Origin: Chrysemys picta bellii | Lineage: Eukaryota | Assembly: GCF_011386835.1 (NCBI RefSeq) | Contig: NC_088792.1 | Location: 229,896,001-229,960,000, forward strand | Length of the DNA: 64,000 bases | Direction: 5' to 3' | Shown here: positions 37,270 to 47,807 of the stretch, piece by piece | Layout of the letters: each line of letters opens with the position of its first letter | Position numbering within the stretch: position 1 is the stretch's first letter | The notes under the pieces: model-generated | Databases searched by the model: none | Told to the model about the DNA's origin: nothing | What the model saw: the letters and a program-made list of their open reading frames with translations, nothing else | Program-made: the position numbers and the translations under genes

Positions 37270-39275
37270 TTAGTTGAGTTATATTACCCTTTATTATTTT
37301 ACAATATATTTCAAAAACTCGTACAGATGCCTTAACTGTTCTACAAGACCTGCAATACTGTCAAAAAATAGCATACTTAAAGATTGAACACACAAACTGT
37401 AATACCTACTTGTACTGAACCATTAATATCCAAAGGGGTATAGTAATTTAGTAAGTAGATGTGCAGTAATGCAAAATGCAAACAAATGTTAACAGAGAAA
37501 AGTAAACTTTGCATTCATGGCTATAGAACAGAGAGCTTTTGAAACACATTTGGTATTGTAACATTCTAGACAGCAATATGAGTAACATTACATATTTAAA
37601 GCAATACATGCCCTGGAAAGCTTGTATTTTCAATCTGTGCGTGTAAACCTGAATCAAAATGAGCTAGATACATTAAAAAACAGAGACATCTAGTCTGCAA
37701 GTAAGCTTTTTCATCCCCAAATGACACTGAATTTGAGTGGGTCAACTCTGACTTTTGTTACTGTTGCTATTTTACACTATTCTTTCCTGTACACTGTTGC
37801 ATTAATATGACAGCCTGTGAATGATTTTTATTCCCTGACCATGACACTGGGGAGTAACTTTTATGGACCAAACGTTTGTCTCACTCTCCAAATTGAAAAT
37901 GTAGCCAATGTTATAGCATGGATGTCATCACAAAACCCACATTTTTTCATCAGTTTTATAATAGCATTACATTTTTTTAGCTGTATTCCTGTGAGGCAAC
38001 AAAACAGTACTGTAGTTTTCAGAACATTGGAAAATGCTTACTAATATTCCAAATATCTAATTTCATAGATTCTACCTAATTTTGTTATCTTTTCTGGTCA
38101 CGAAACAGAGAGAAGATGTTAATGACCAAGACACCTTTAAACTTACACTGTCTGCAAGCAACAAGGCAAAGCCAATTGTTCAGGTATGGTTTTTGTCTTA
38201 TCCAAGTTGATGCGTTTTCGTGGGAAAATCATGAAAGGCAATACGAGGAAACAACAACTACCGATCAGATTTCTGCCAAGCAATAAAAGTTTAAAGACAA
38301 AATTTATGAGAGTGGCACTGTGGCAGAACAGGCATTCAATTTGTTTTATTTTTCAAGTTTATAAAGTTTCAGTTACCACTATATTCACTTATAGTGGACA
38401 CTATGTGATAACTGAGTAAGGCCAACAAACCACCTTCTATCTCAGAAGAAACTGCAATAAACCATCACCTGAGCAGATCACAGCTGTTGGACTATGATCT
38501 TCTTAACCAGCCTAAATGGCAGTCTGTAGCATCTGGTACTATATACACAAAGTCACTCACACCCATCATTGAAATGATTTTCCTACAGCAGTTTACTGTA
38601 TAACATATGCATACATATTTCTTTCTGCTCATTTAATCCCTTATATCTCATAGCTCACCAGTGGTTTAAGGGCTGAAAAATATTTCAGAAAACATAAGGG
38701 GTTATACAGTTCAAGTGTGTAACAACTTTATTTTAATACAGAAAATTAATATGAAATGCTGGTTCTGAACATGGTTGGCAAAAATAAAAGGCAAAACAAA
38801 GGCAGGGTATATTTTCATCTGGAGTCAATGTCTAGAAAACCAAAAGAAATAAATCTGAAATAAGGCAAAGCAAAAAAGGCATTCTGATTCATGCACAACT
38901 AGTAGTAATAAGAATTTCCTTTCAGAGGTCCTGAGACTTGAGTTGAATGGGTTCTCCCTATCGCTTGCTTCGTGTGAAGTCAAATTTAAAGCTCCATAAG
39001 CATAAATGTTTGGTTTTTAATAATGGACCCATTTAAAAAAGGAGACAATAAAATGTACATGAAAGCAAACAAAAGCGACTTGATCTGAGGCCTCTGTCCT
39101 TTGACCCGCCTAACAGGCTAAATGGCCAATAAAATGTAAAATGCAGCATACATTTGTGTAATCTAAAATCTTTTCGTGATAATTTATTGCAAATTGCACT
39201 TGGCAGTTCCCCACACCAATGGAAAACTGGCCACCCTGTCGGTTGTTCATGCAGTCCTTTAACCCCAAACGCAAG
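37270..39275 (-). other. ARMC1: ARMC1 3' UTR (distal end inferred)
   Basis: AT-rich sequence with no recognisable repeats, directly after the stop codon; candidate AATAAA signals on the minus strand at 39183-39188, 38727-38732, 38345-38350, 37827-37832 and 37290-37295. Confidence 0.55.
37290..37295 (-). promoter_or_regulatory. Candidate distal polyadenylation signal of ARMC1
   Basis: AATAAA followed on the minus strand by GU/U-rich tracts (GTAGTTTTTGGG, TGTTATGTTCTTGTGTTTT). Confidence 0.4.
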
Positions 39276-39467
39276 TCACCAGTAGAAAGACCTGGACAGA
39301 AAGTTGGCCGCTGTGCTGAGCCAGCTGGCTGCACCTTCTGGGTGTGACCCAACCCGGGATACTGCTTTGTCTTGTTCCTTTGTAGGGCTTTCATCCTCTG
39401 GCAAATAGTCAGGTAGATCTGTATTTTGCTCTACTTCTACAGGAGTATCTTGGAATGGAACCAGCAC
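39276..39467 (-). CDS. ARMC1: ARMC1 terminal coding exon (exon 7 by human analogy)
   Basis: Acceptor tctattccatcag|GTG; [63 protein letters not shown] is near-identical to the remembered human ARMC1 C-terminus. Confidence 0.97.
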   Translation of the reverse strand: MLVPFQDTPVEVEQNTDLPDYLPEDESPTKEQDKAVSRVGSHPEGAASWLSTAANFLSRSFYW

Positions 39468-40033
39468 CTGATGGAATAGAAGAGTTCAAGAAAATGTCAA
39501 TGTTGTGAATCAAAATGAATTAAAAAAAAAAAATAAGGGCCTCGTCCTGAGAGGCAATGAACACCTCTTAGAGTCACTCCCTAAATAACTGCCAGGGTAG
39601 ATATTAGGTATTGTCAATCATTTTATTTAGACCATATGCAAGAAAAGTACAGGTTTAAGGTAAAAACATACAACCAAAAAGACCATCTCTCTCTACAGCT
39701 GTGAAATAAAACCACATCATTGGTTTCTGTCAAGAAGGCAAATCTCAGTTTCCAGACTCATCTCTCCAGGTCAGGAGATTCTAGTGTCAGAAAGAGATGG
39801 CCGTCCTGTACGGTTACATCTCTTGCTAACAGTTCAACAGTAATTTCTAGCAATACTATTATATGGATGCACATCTTTGGGCAGGATACATTTTAACCTC
39901 TTTATGTTGTGTATGAATCTCTGAGAAGTACAACAATGTACTGTTTCTTAGGGACAGAAATGATGGGCATGGTAGTACAGGTATCAAAGATCCAAGCCAG
40001 ATCCACCTCTATTTAGAATAAACTGTATCTCAC

Positions 40034-40108
40034 CTCCTCTCCACTTTCACTTTTCACAACTTGCTGTGCTTTCATAACTTTGGTTGATGCTATTGCTGAT
40101 GCCAAAGC
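40034..40108 (-). CDS. ARMC1: ARMC1 coding exon (75 nt; exon 6)
   Basis: ctcttgtag|GCT...GAG|gtgaga; [25 protein letters not shown]; phase 0/0. Confidence 0.97.
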
Positions 40109-40212
40109 CTACAAGAGGGAGAAAATACAAGGAAAATAAAGGCAGACACTTAGTGTTATAGAACTGCAACAGATGCATAGGTCTTAAAGCAAGCACAGTT
40201 GTAAGTACTTAC

Positions 40213-40329
40213 TTCTGCTTTTAAGTCTGAGCGAATTCGGACCACACATCTTTGAACCGCCATTTGAAATGTAAAGCTAATAACTCCTTTAATTTTCAGC
40301 AAGGCTTCTTCACAAAGATTCCTTCGAGA
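40213..40329 (-). CDS. ARMC1: ARMC1 coding exon (117 nt; exon 5)
   Basis: T25-ag|TCT...GAA|gtaagt; [39 protein letters not shown] (HMA-like fold region); phase 0/0. Confidence 0.97.
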
Positions 40330-40331
40330 CT

Positions 40332-40356
40332 AAAAAAAAAAAAAAAAAAAAAAAAA
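40332..40356 (+). repeat. A25 homopolymer (T25 polypyrimidine tract of the ARMC1 exon 5 acceptor)
   Basis: 25 consecutive A immediately adjacent to the minus-strand AG. Confidence 0.95.
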
Positions 40357-41074
40357 GTATTAACATGCAAAGGCCATATAAAAATATTAACCATGGATGT
40401 TATGACAAACTCCTGCATCTTTTAAGACAGCTGGTAAATAAGGTAATTTTGCAAAAGAAAAAAAATAGTGCAGGTTACAATTATTTTTAATACACATATA
40501 CTGACATTTAATATTGCTACAAATCTTGTCATAACAAAATTTACAACATTTTTGCTTACATTTTAAAAGTCAAACAAGGATAGAATCAACTGTAAATAAT
40601 CAGGAAAAAGTGCTGAAAAGCAAAGAATGTTTTTCTCCGTATGATAAGCTAAACAGTCCCCTGAGGTTAAGTCCGGATTGAGTGGAGTGCTCATTGATGT
40701 GTAGTTAGTGTTTAAGTTGCTATTTATCAGACACCTTGTATCCATACTGACTGAATGCATCAAAGCAGCTGTTGTATCCTTCAGCTACCTCATCTGTGGC
40801 AGCTCATGGACATCAAAGCACAGCATAATCTTAACTCTGATTTCAAGGGAAAAAATGTTTGCTTAAAAACAACAACGGAATGTTATGTTTAAAGCAAGTG
40901 ACAATGCCTACTGTGCAATAACATTACATTGACCTATACCGGTTGCATCTATTCTACATTACCTTAACATGTTTTATTTCTCAATATTTAGAAAACAAGA
41001 TGGTTATTACAAAGAGAGTAAAATATCTATTGGGAGACTGCTACCACAAACAAGCTACATTGTAGTGGATTACC

Positions 41075-41103
41075 ATATATATATATGTGTGTGTGTGTGT
41101 GTG

Positions 41104-41135
<32 letters not shown>

Positions 41136-41150
41136 TATACATACACACAC
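41075..41150. repeat. Compound (AT)n(GT)9(AT)n(AC)10 microsatellite, near-palindromic
   Basis: Read directly; symmetry centre near 41109-41110. Confidence 0.95.
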
Positions 41151-41379
41151 CTTGACAGTCTTATAGACTCAAGTGTTAGGTTCAAAATCAGATTTCTATA
41201 TACCTTAGTATTTAATTTTAATTGAAAAGTGCTGTGAGATCTTTGAAAGAAAGGCACTATATAAGCGTATTAATATTATTATACAGTAATTACTGCTCAA
41301 TACTTAGACAACAGTGGTTTCAATATAGGAAGAAGCATATTCATTTCATCGATCTGCTAACAAACTGCTTCGGCTAGAC

Positions 41380-41804
41380 CGGGGTGGCCAACCTGTGGCT
41401 CCGGAGCCACATGTGGCTCTTCAGAAGTTAATATGCAGCTCCTTGTATAGGCACCGACTCCAGGGCTGGAACTACAGGCGCCAACTTTCCAATGTGCCAG
41501 GGGTGCTCACTGCTCAACCCCTGGCTCTGCCACAGACCCTACCCCCACTCCACTCCTTCCCACCCCCTCCCGAGCCTGTTGTACCCTTGCTCCTCTCCCC
41601 CCCCTTCTCCCGATTCTCCTGCATGCCATGAAACAGCTGATTGGGAGGTGCGGGGAGGGAGGGGGAGGCGCTGATCAGCAGGACTGCTGGTGGGTGGGAG
41701 GTGCTGGGAGAGCTAATGGGGGGCTGCTGACATATTACTGTGACTCTTTGGCAATGTACATTGGTAAATTCTGGCTCCTTCTCACACTCAGGTTGGCCAC
41801 CCTG
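41380..41804. mobile_element. hAT (Charlie-like) MITE in ARMC1 intron
   Basis: TIR CGGGGTGGCCAACCTG / CAGGTTGGCCACCCTG; perfect 8-bp TSD GGCTAGAC (41372-41379, 41805-41812). Confidence 0.92.
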
Positions 41805-43769
41805 GGCTAGACTATACAGAGGCAAAACTCAGCTTACTGCCATGCACATATGAATGTCAGAACATTTTTGACTATATTAAAGAACATTAATAATTAGAAT
41901 TATAGTAATACAGTAGGCCTGAGCTAAATATCTTAACACAAAACAGTGTGTATGAGAGAGAGATAGGGAAAACGGCATTGTACAAGTGAAAGACAAATAA
42001 AACCACCTCTGGCCACAAGGAAGGAAGGCACAAGAGGGTGAGAGGCAACATGGTTTAGTAGACTAAAAAAGGGATGACTGCATGGATACATATATCAACT
42101 GATACTGTCTCCCCTTCTGAGAGCTTGGTCGAATCATATAATCTGTGCCTGTTTCCCTAAATGGGGTAATACCTATTCCACAGATACTTTACTACTTTAA
42201 GTTGTAAAACACTACATGAATGCTCAGCCTCACCAGAGTGTGTACAAATCCCTTCACTAGCTGGAGACTTGGCAACCTCCAGCTATTTGGACACCTGTCC
42301 TTTGCACTGACAACTATGAACAAATCCCAGCTGGGCAATCCTTCTACCACAGCATGGAACCTAGGGTTGGGGAAAACAAAACCTAAAGGTAAGTCAGGTA
42401 TCCATGTTTTACATAATGAATCAGTTAAGTCTGAGATGCATATCAAAGACTCATCTTGCCAACTGTTCCCAAAACCATCAGGCCAACTCTGTGTACTGTG
42501 AAGTAATTATTGTAGACAAGTCATTTACAGTTGGTGGGGGAGTGGGAGGGATAACAAAAACTGGCCCCAAAAGTGCTAAGGTTGCCTCTAGTGTTGTGTT
42601 CTTAAAAAATAATAAAATAGTCTGATTATTTGGAGCTGACAAAAAATCCTGCCAACTCTGGCTAAAATTATACGGACTACCCATTTGTTACCACTATGAA
42701 ATCTTATTGGGAAGATTAGACTGCAGTAGATCAATCAACAGACTTCTGTTGTATTGCTCTTTTTGTTTTTTGACTGAGATCATTATCAAACTCTATAGAC
42801 TGTAGCTTTATTTTGAATGAACTGATCAAGAACTACCTGAGGTCTCCAACAAGTCAAGAAAGATTTACAGGATTTCCAATTACTCCTACAGAACATGAAC
42901 TGCTAAAGAGCCTTAAGTAGGTCAACTCTGACATATGAATTCGCAGGCCCCCAAAAAATCAGAAAAGTCTATTCAAAACTTTGAATTCCTGCAGATGTGT
43001 TTGATAGATTAGATAGTGCTTAAGTTTAAAAAGAAAAACAGACTTTGCTATTTATTCATGTGACTAAACAGAGGTAGGTGATGGATCAAGAATCAATTAT
43101 GGGGGCAGGGAAGAAGTATTGGAGACAGAAGTTGTTTTGTTTGCTTTAATTTTGGCAGGGATGAAGTTAGTTATTTGACAGCAAGAATGTTTCACAGGCC
43201 TGGAAAAAAATGCTAAGGCCAGCCATGCATATGCATACACATACATGAAGTTACACACTTAAAGAAGATTAGGTCTGAGGTAAGTGCTATATAAAGTTAA
43301 GTTATTGTTCACATCCTCTGCCATTTTATAGTTCCCAACTTATTCTAACACTTAAAACTGCTTTGTAGGGATGTTTTACTGCTGCTGTGTTATACCAGGC
43401 ACCTAGAATATCACTAGGGTTTCTTTGATAGTCTCATAAAACTCAGAACTGTGTACATTAGCTAATCCAGCCAGCACACAGCTAGATTCTTCTTTTCCTT
43501 TAATAATGAGCTGAGAAAACACGCTGGTGTACTCCAGGCAACTGGAGAAGCCTGAATTTCTGCTCTCTGGATTCAAACATCTAAATACTTTGTTATACAC
43601 TTTTTACTAGGATAGCAATGAATATCTTTGCAATTTCACTTTTTTAAGCATTGCAGCAACGCGCTGCATTAGCTCCATTTGTCAGGGTACACAAATAAAT
43701 GGTCTTCAGACCTGCTGGCCTCAGTCCATTTACAGGATTGCATGTACTTGAATTGGCAGACAAAGGAGA

Positions 43770-44460
43770 AGTGGATAGAGTTTATCTGGGTTTTAGAGAA
43801 GCTTTAGAGACTCTGATGCACAAATGATCTACAATGTTAGTAAACTTCATAGGAGCACACTATTGGAATGGATTAAAAACTGGTTTGAAGATATTAAAGC
43901 AAGTGTTGCTGATAAAGTTTTGCCTGTCTATATCACGAACAAGTGAAGGGTTCCAAGGTAAGTATTAATTTCTTTACTACCCATGTAAATGACTTGGCAT
44001 ACAATCTAATTTCAAAAGGAGCTAAATGTACTCACAAGAAAATATGAGGAGGGAATGCTATTGATAAACTAGGTTCCAAGACATGCTTACTTGGCAAAAT
44101 ATAAAGTAACAAAACAAAGGATCAGGTTTGATCATTTAAAATGGGTACAAAGCTGAAGATACAGAGACCTGAGGGCACTTGTGAAGAACATGCTTAAACG
44201 ATCTACATGCTGTTTGGCAGCCGTAAAAAGGCAAACATAGCCCTGGGGTGTTGTACACAGGGGTATGGTGAATAAATCTGTAGAAGTTATTTTGACATTA
44301 CATAAAGACGCAGTGAGATCTCACTATCTGAAGTGCCAGTCTGGTCACTATAGTAGAAAACATCTCACGGACTACAAAAAGATGTAGCAAGAGGGAGCTA
44401 ACAAAATTCAACGTTCCTTACATTAGTTATAATAGAAGATTAGTCAGTGTCTAGACACTC
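43770..44460 (+). mobile_element. Old CR1 (L3-like) RT remnant
   Basis: VDRVYLGF.EA (cf. VDVIYLDFSKAFD); WIKNW-like; KKANIALGC (cf. KKANAVLGCI); heavily decayed. Confidence 0.7.
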
Positions 44461-44888
44461 TCGTGCTGTACAGGCAATTGTGAAAAATAAGGAATGGTTT
44501 TGATTCCAATGCTCTGACCACAGAGAGATATCATGAATCAAGACTGATAAAAGGCAGTACCTGATTTATTCTAAAGGTGATTGAAACAGGAAACAAAATT
44601 GGCAAAGATGGAAATGGAATTATTTAAAAATACAAAGTTACAAAGCAACTAGCCATAAATATTTCTTGTATTAAGCCTCTTGGGTGAATTTAAATTATAT
44701 ATCAGTATTTCAAAATATGATTCACAGGAGTTGCTGGCATACATGAAAGTAACACAAGCATTCCTTGAATGCCCTTCTTTTTTGGTGCGAAGTATGTTTG
44801 AATATAACATGCATGCACATTATCACAGTATTTCCCTATCATTTCCAGTCTGATTCCTAATGATCATAAGTACTTAAGATTTACTTAC

Positions 44889-45078
44889 TGAATCATCAAG
44901 GCCATCTATATGTAAAACCACTGTTTTAGCACGTTTATTTGTACTGCCCAGGAAAAACTGAGCTTTCCGCCGGCAAGAATTCATTTCATTCACACGGTCC
45001 ATGTCTGACATGTTGGAAGCTTGAAGGATGTCATAGATTTCAGAGGCTAAAAGTTTAGTCTCTCCTGGTGTAGTAGTC
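44889..45078 (-). CDS. ARMC1: ARMC1 coding exon (190 nt; exon 4)
   Basis: ttttctttaag|G ACT...TCA|gtaagt; (K)[63 protein letters not shown]; upstream intron is phase 2. Confidence 0.97.
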
Positions 45079-45714
45079 CTTAAAGAAAAAATAATAAATT
45101 GAGATTTATAACTATCTATTTTCACAGTGTTATTTCAAATAGCTGCCACATTTATGTCTCAGTATCTTGAATGATCAGCACACTACGGAAGCATTTTATA
45201 TAGCTAATATGCAGTTAGAAGAAAAGATTTCTTAATTAAAAAAAAAAATAAAAATAAAAGAGAGGGTCTACCAAAACCACTTCCATCATCCATATGCCAG
45301 TGCCATTACCAGCCTGAAACTGAAGCCAGAACCCTTGTGTCTATGTTAATTTTATACCTGCGAGCTTATTTTTAAACGATGTATCAAGAACTTTTTTAGT
45401 TTTTATTTCTCTCTCTGCTATGTGTCATATCTATTTAGAAACCTGCAAACACAATAATTAAACTGATTGACAAACTTTGATACCCCTCCCCCCACAACAT
45501 GTTGATTAGGATACACAATGCAACCATGTTGTGTTCTAATTCCCTATTTACTTAATAGCATAATTGATTAATCTCAGTTCCCAGAGCTATGTTGACATAG
45601 CTGGTGCTACAACAAGAAAGCAAATGCAGCTGTATATATGACATAAACAGTTGCCCCTTTAATCTTCTGTAGATCCTTGCACGAGAGGATATCAAAATGC
45701 CTTAGAGATAAGTA

Positions 45715-45885
45715 TCCCATCTCTTACCTACCTTGTGGGGTACCATTCCCATTTTACCTGGAGTTTTACATTTTAAATAGAGTCGCAGAGATTAAGTAAC
45801 AGGTCAAAAGTTATGCAGAAAGTCAACAGCAGAGCAGGGACTAAAACTAAAGTTCAGACTCCCAGGTCCCTGCTCTAACCACCAT
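45715..45885 (-). mobile_element. MIR/CORE-SINE remnant
   Basis: CCCATTTTAC...CAGAGATTAAGTAAC...CTCCCAGGTCCCTGCTCTAACCAC is a reverse MIR-like core and head. Confidence 0.5.
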
Positions 45886-47031
45886 TCCACACCCCTTCTT
45901 GACTGTGGATCTTTAAAGATAGCATTGTGGGGATATTCCCTATTAAATAAGTTAAAAGTAGGTCAAAATTGGTGGTATAAGCTATAGGGTTGTATTCCTT
46001 TAAAGGAAACGGATTTAGATATTAGACTGGACATCTTTCATTATTTTCTTATACTTAATCACAACTGAATTTAATGGGCCACATTCATCATTGAAGTACT
46101 TTCACTAAGCTCAATGGAGGGCAGGATTTGACTCATCATTAATAAACTATAATATTTGGAATGAATAAAAACAACACTACAGCAACATCATACAATTCAT
46201 CTTACAGTGGCCAATCATAGTTTTGCTTGTAGGCATAAATATACTGGAGTAAATAGCTACATTTTGCCTTTGAAACTTTCTTCCTTATTATTTCATCCCA
46301 ATAACTAGCCTGGGTCAAACATCACCTCCATCCCAATTTCATATCATAGAAGAATAATGTTGGAGCAAAAATCTTAGTCAATTCCCTCCCTCTGGGTCTC
46401 CTACTGAGTCTTGTCTTCTCTTCCCTGTGACTGTCTTTTAGATTGTAAACTTTTCAGAGAAGAACTGTCGTATTTGAGTGTCTGTACAATGCTCAGCACG
46501 CCTGCGCTTAAATTAAAGTGATACTGTGAGGTTTATCCTAAAGATGATAAAAAACAAGACACTGGGGCCTGCATCAGTACAGCATTTAAGCAATAACTTT
46601 AAATTAGGCACGTGCTTAAGTCCATCCCTCTACAGGGAACCACATACTTAAGTCAATCGGGGTCATATAAAAATGCATACTTTTTTTCCCATGATACTTA
46701 AATTCACTGGATAAAATGTGTACATGTGGTTTACAGCTTGAAGTTGAAGGATGGCATCTATATTTAGGTGCTAAAATTTGACAGCAGTGCCATGTGACCT
46801 GATGCCTCAAGGAACGATAAGTTAACTTTCAAGAAGATGACAGCTTAACAGGGCACCATAACACTAAACAGCCGTTTATTATGTTAAATTGTGTTCACCA
46901 AAATTAAAAGACACAAAAGTAAAGTTTTCTATAATACCTATTTCCTTTAAAATGTAGTTTGTTTTTCCGTTAAACTTAACTGGTCAGTTCACAATCAGTA
47001 TAACTTTTTCCCAAAAGCTTTTTCCTAAATA

Positions 47032-47807
47032 CGGTAACTCCTCACTTAACATCATCCTAGTTAATGTTGTTTTCTTGTTACGTCGCTGATCAATTAGAGA
47101 ACATACTCATTTAATGTTGCACAGTGTTTGCTTATAACGTTGTTTGGCTGTGTGGACTTGGACCCAGAGTGGGCCAGCAGTTCCCCTCCACCCCCCCACT
47201 GCCTCCCACCAGCCAGCAGCCCTGCGGATCAGCAACTCCCCCATCGCCTCCCGCCTGCAGCAATCAGCCGTTTCACAGAGTTCAGGAGGCTCTGGGGGGA
47301 GAAGCAAGGACGTGGCACGCAGCCTTCCCCTTCCCCCCTAGACCCTCCTGAACGCCCAGAAACAGCTGATTGCTGCGGGCGGGAGGCGTGGGGAGGAGCG
47401 AGAACGTGGCGCGCTTGGGAGGAGGAGGTAGAGCAGGGGCGGGAAAAGCCAGGGCGGGGTTGGAGCAGGGGCTGGAAGAGCTGGGGGTTGAGCACCCCCC
47501 GGCACTTTGGAAAGAACAGCAAGAGGAGCAGCTGGACGATCCACCCTCTTTCACCCTCTGACTCCACCACCTCAACCAAGCTTCACAATCATCGTTGCTG
47601 AGTACAGCATTAAATTGTTTGTTTAAAATGTATACTGTATATGTATATAATGTCTTTAGTCTGGCTAAAATTTTTCCCTGGAACCTAATCCCCCCTCCCC
47701 CCCAATTTACATTAATTCTTATGGGGAAATTGGATTATCTTAACATCATTTGGCTTAAAGTTGCATTTTTCAAGAACGTAACTACAACGTTAAGCGAGGA
47801 GTTACTG
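47032..47807. mobile_element. TcMar-Tigger-like MITE with GC-rich interior
   Basis: TIR CGGTAACTCCTCACTTAAC / GTTAAGCGAGGAGTTACTG; TA at 47030-47031 and 47808-47809. Confidence 0.9.

Noticed and set aside
39465-39467. ORF-track 'M' start of the 63-aa ORF
   Set aside because: It is a GTG (Val) codon directly after a splice acceptor, not an initiation codon.
41395-41825. Cluster of overlapping ORFs
   Set aside because: Confined to a GC-rich hAT MITE; stop-poor by composition, with no transposase motifs.
45079-45125. N-terminal extension [16 protein letters not shown] of ORF 44874-45125
   Set aside because: Intronic polypyrimidine tract upstream of the AG acceptor at 45079-45080; likewise VSKS after 44889 is the donor site.
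47107-47601. Dense six-frame ORF cluster up to 157 aa resembling a CpG-island exon
   Set aside because: Entirely within the Tigger MITE interior; low-complexity Pro/Gly/Arg translations on both strands.
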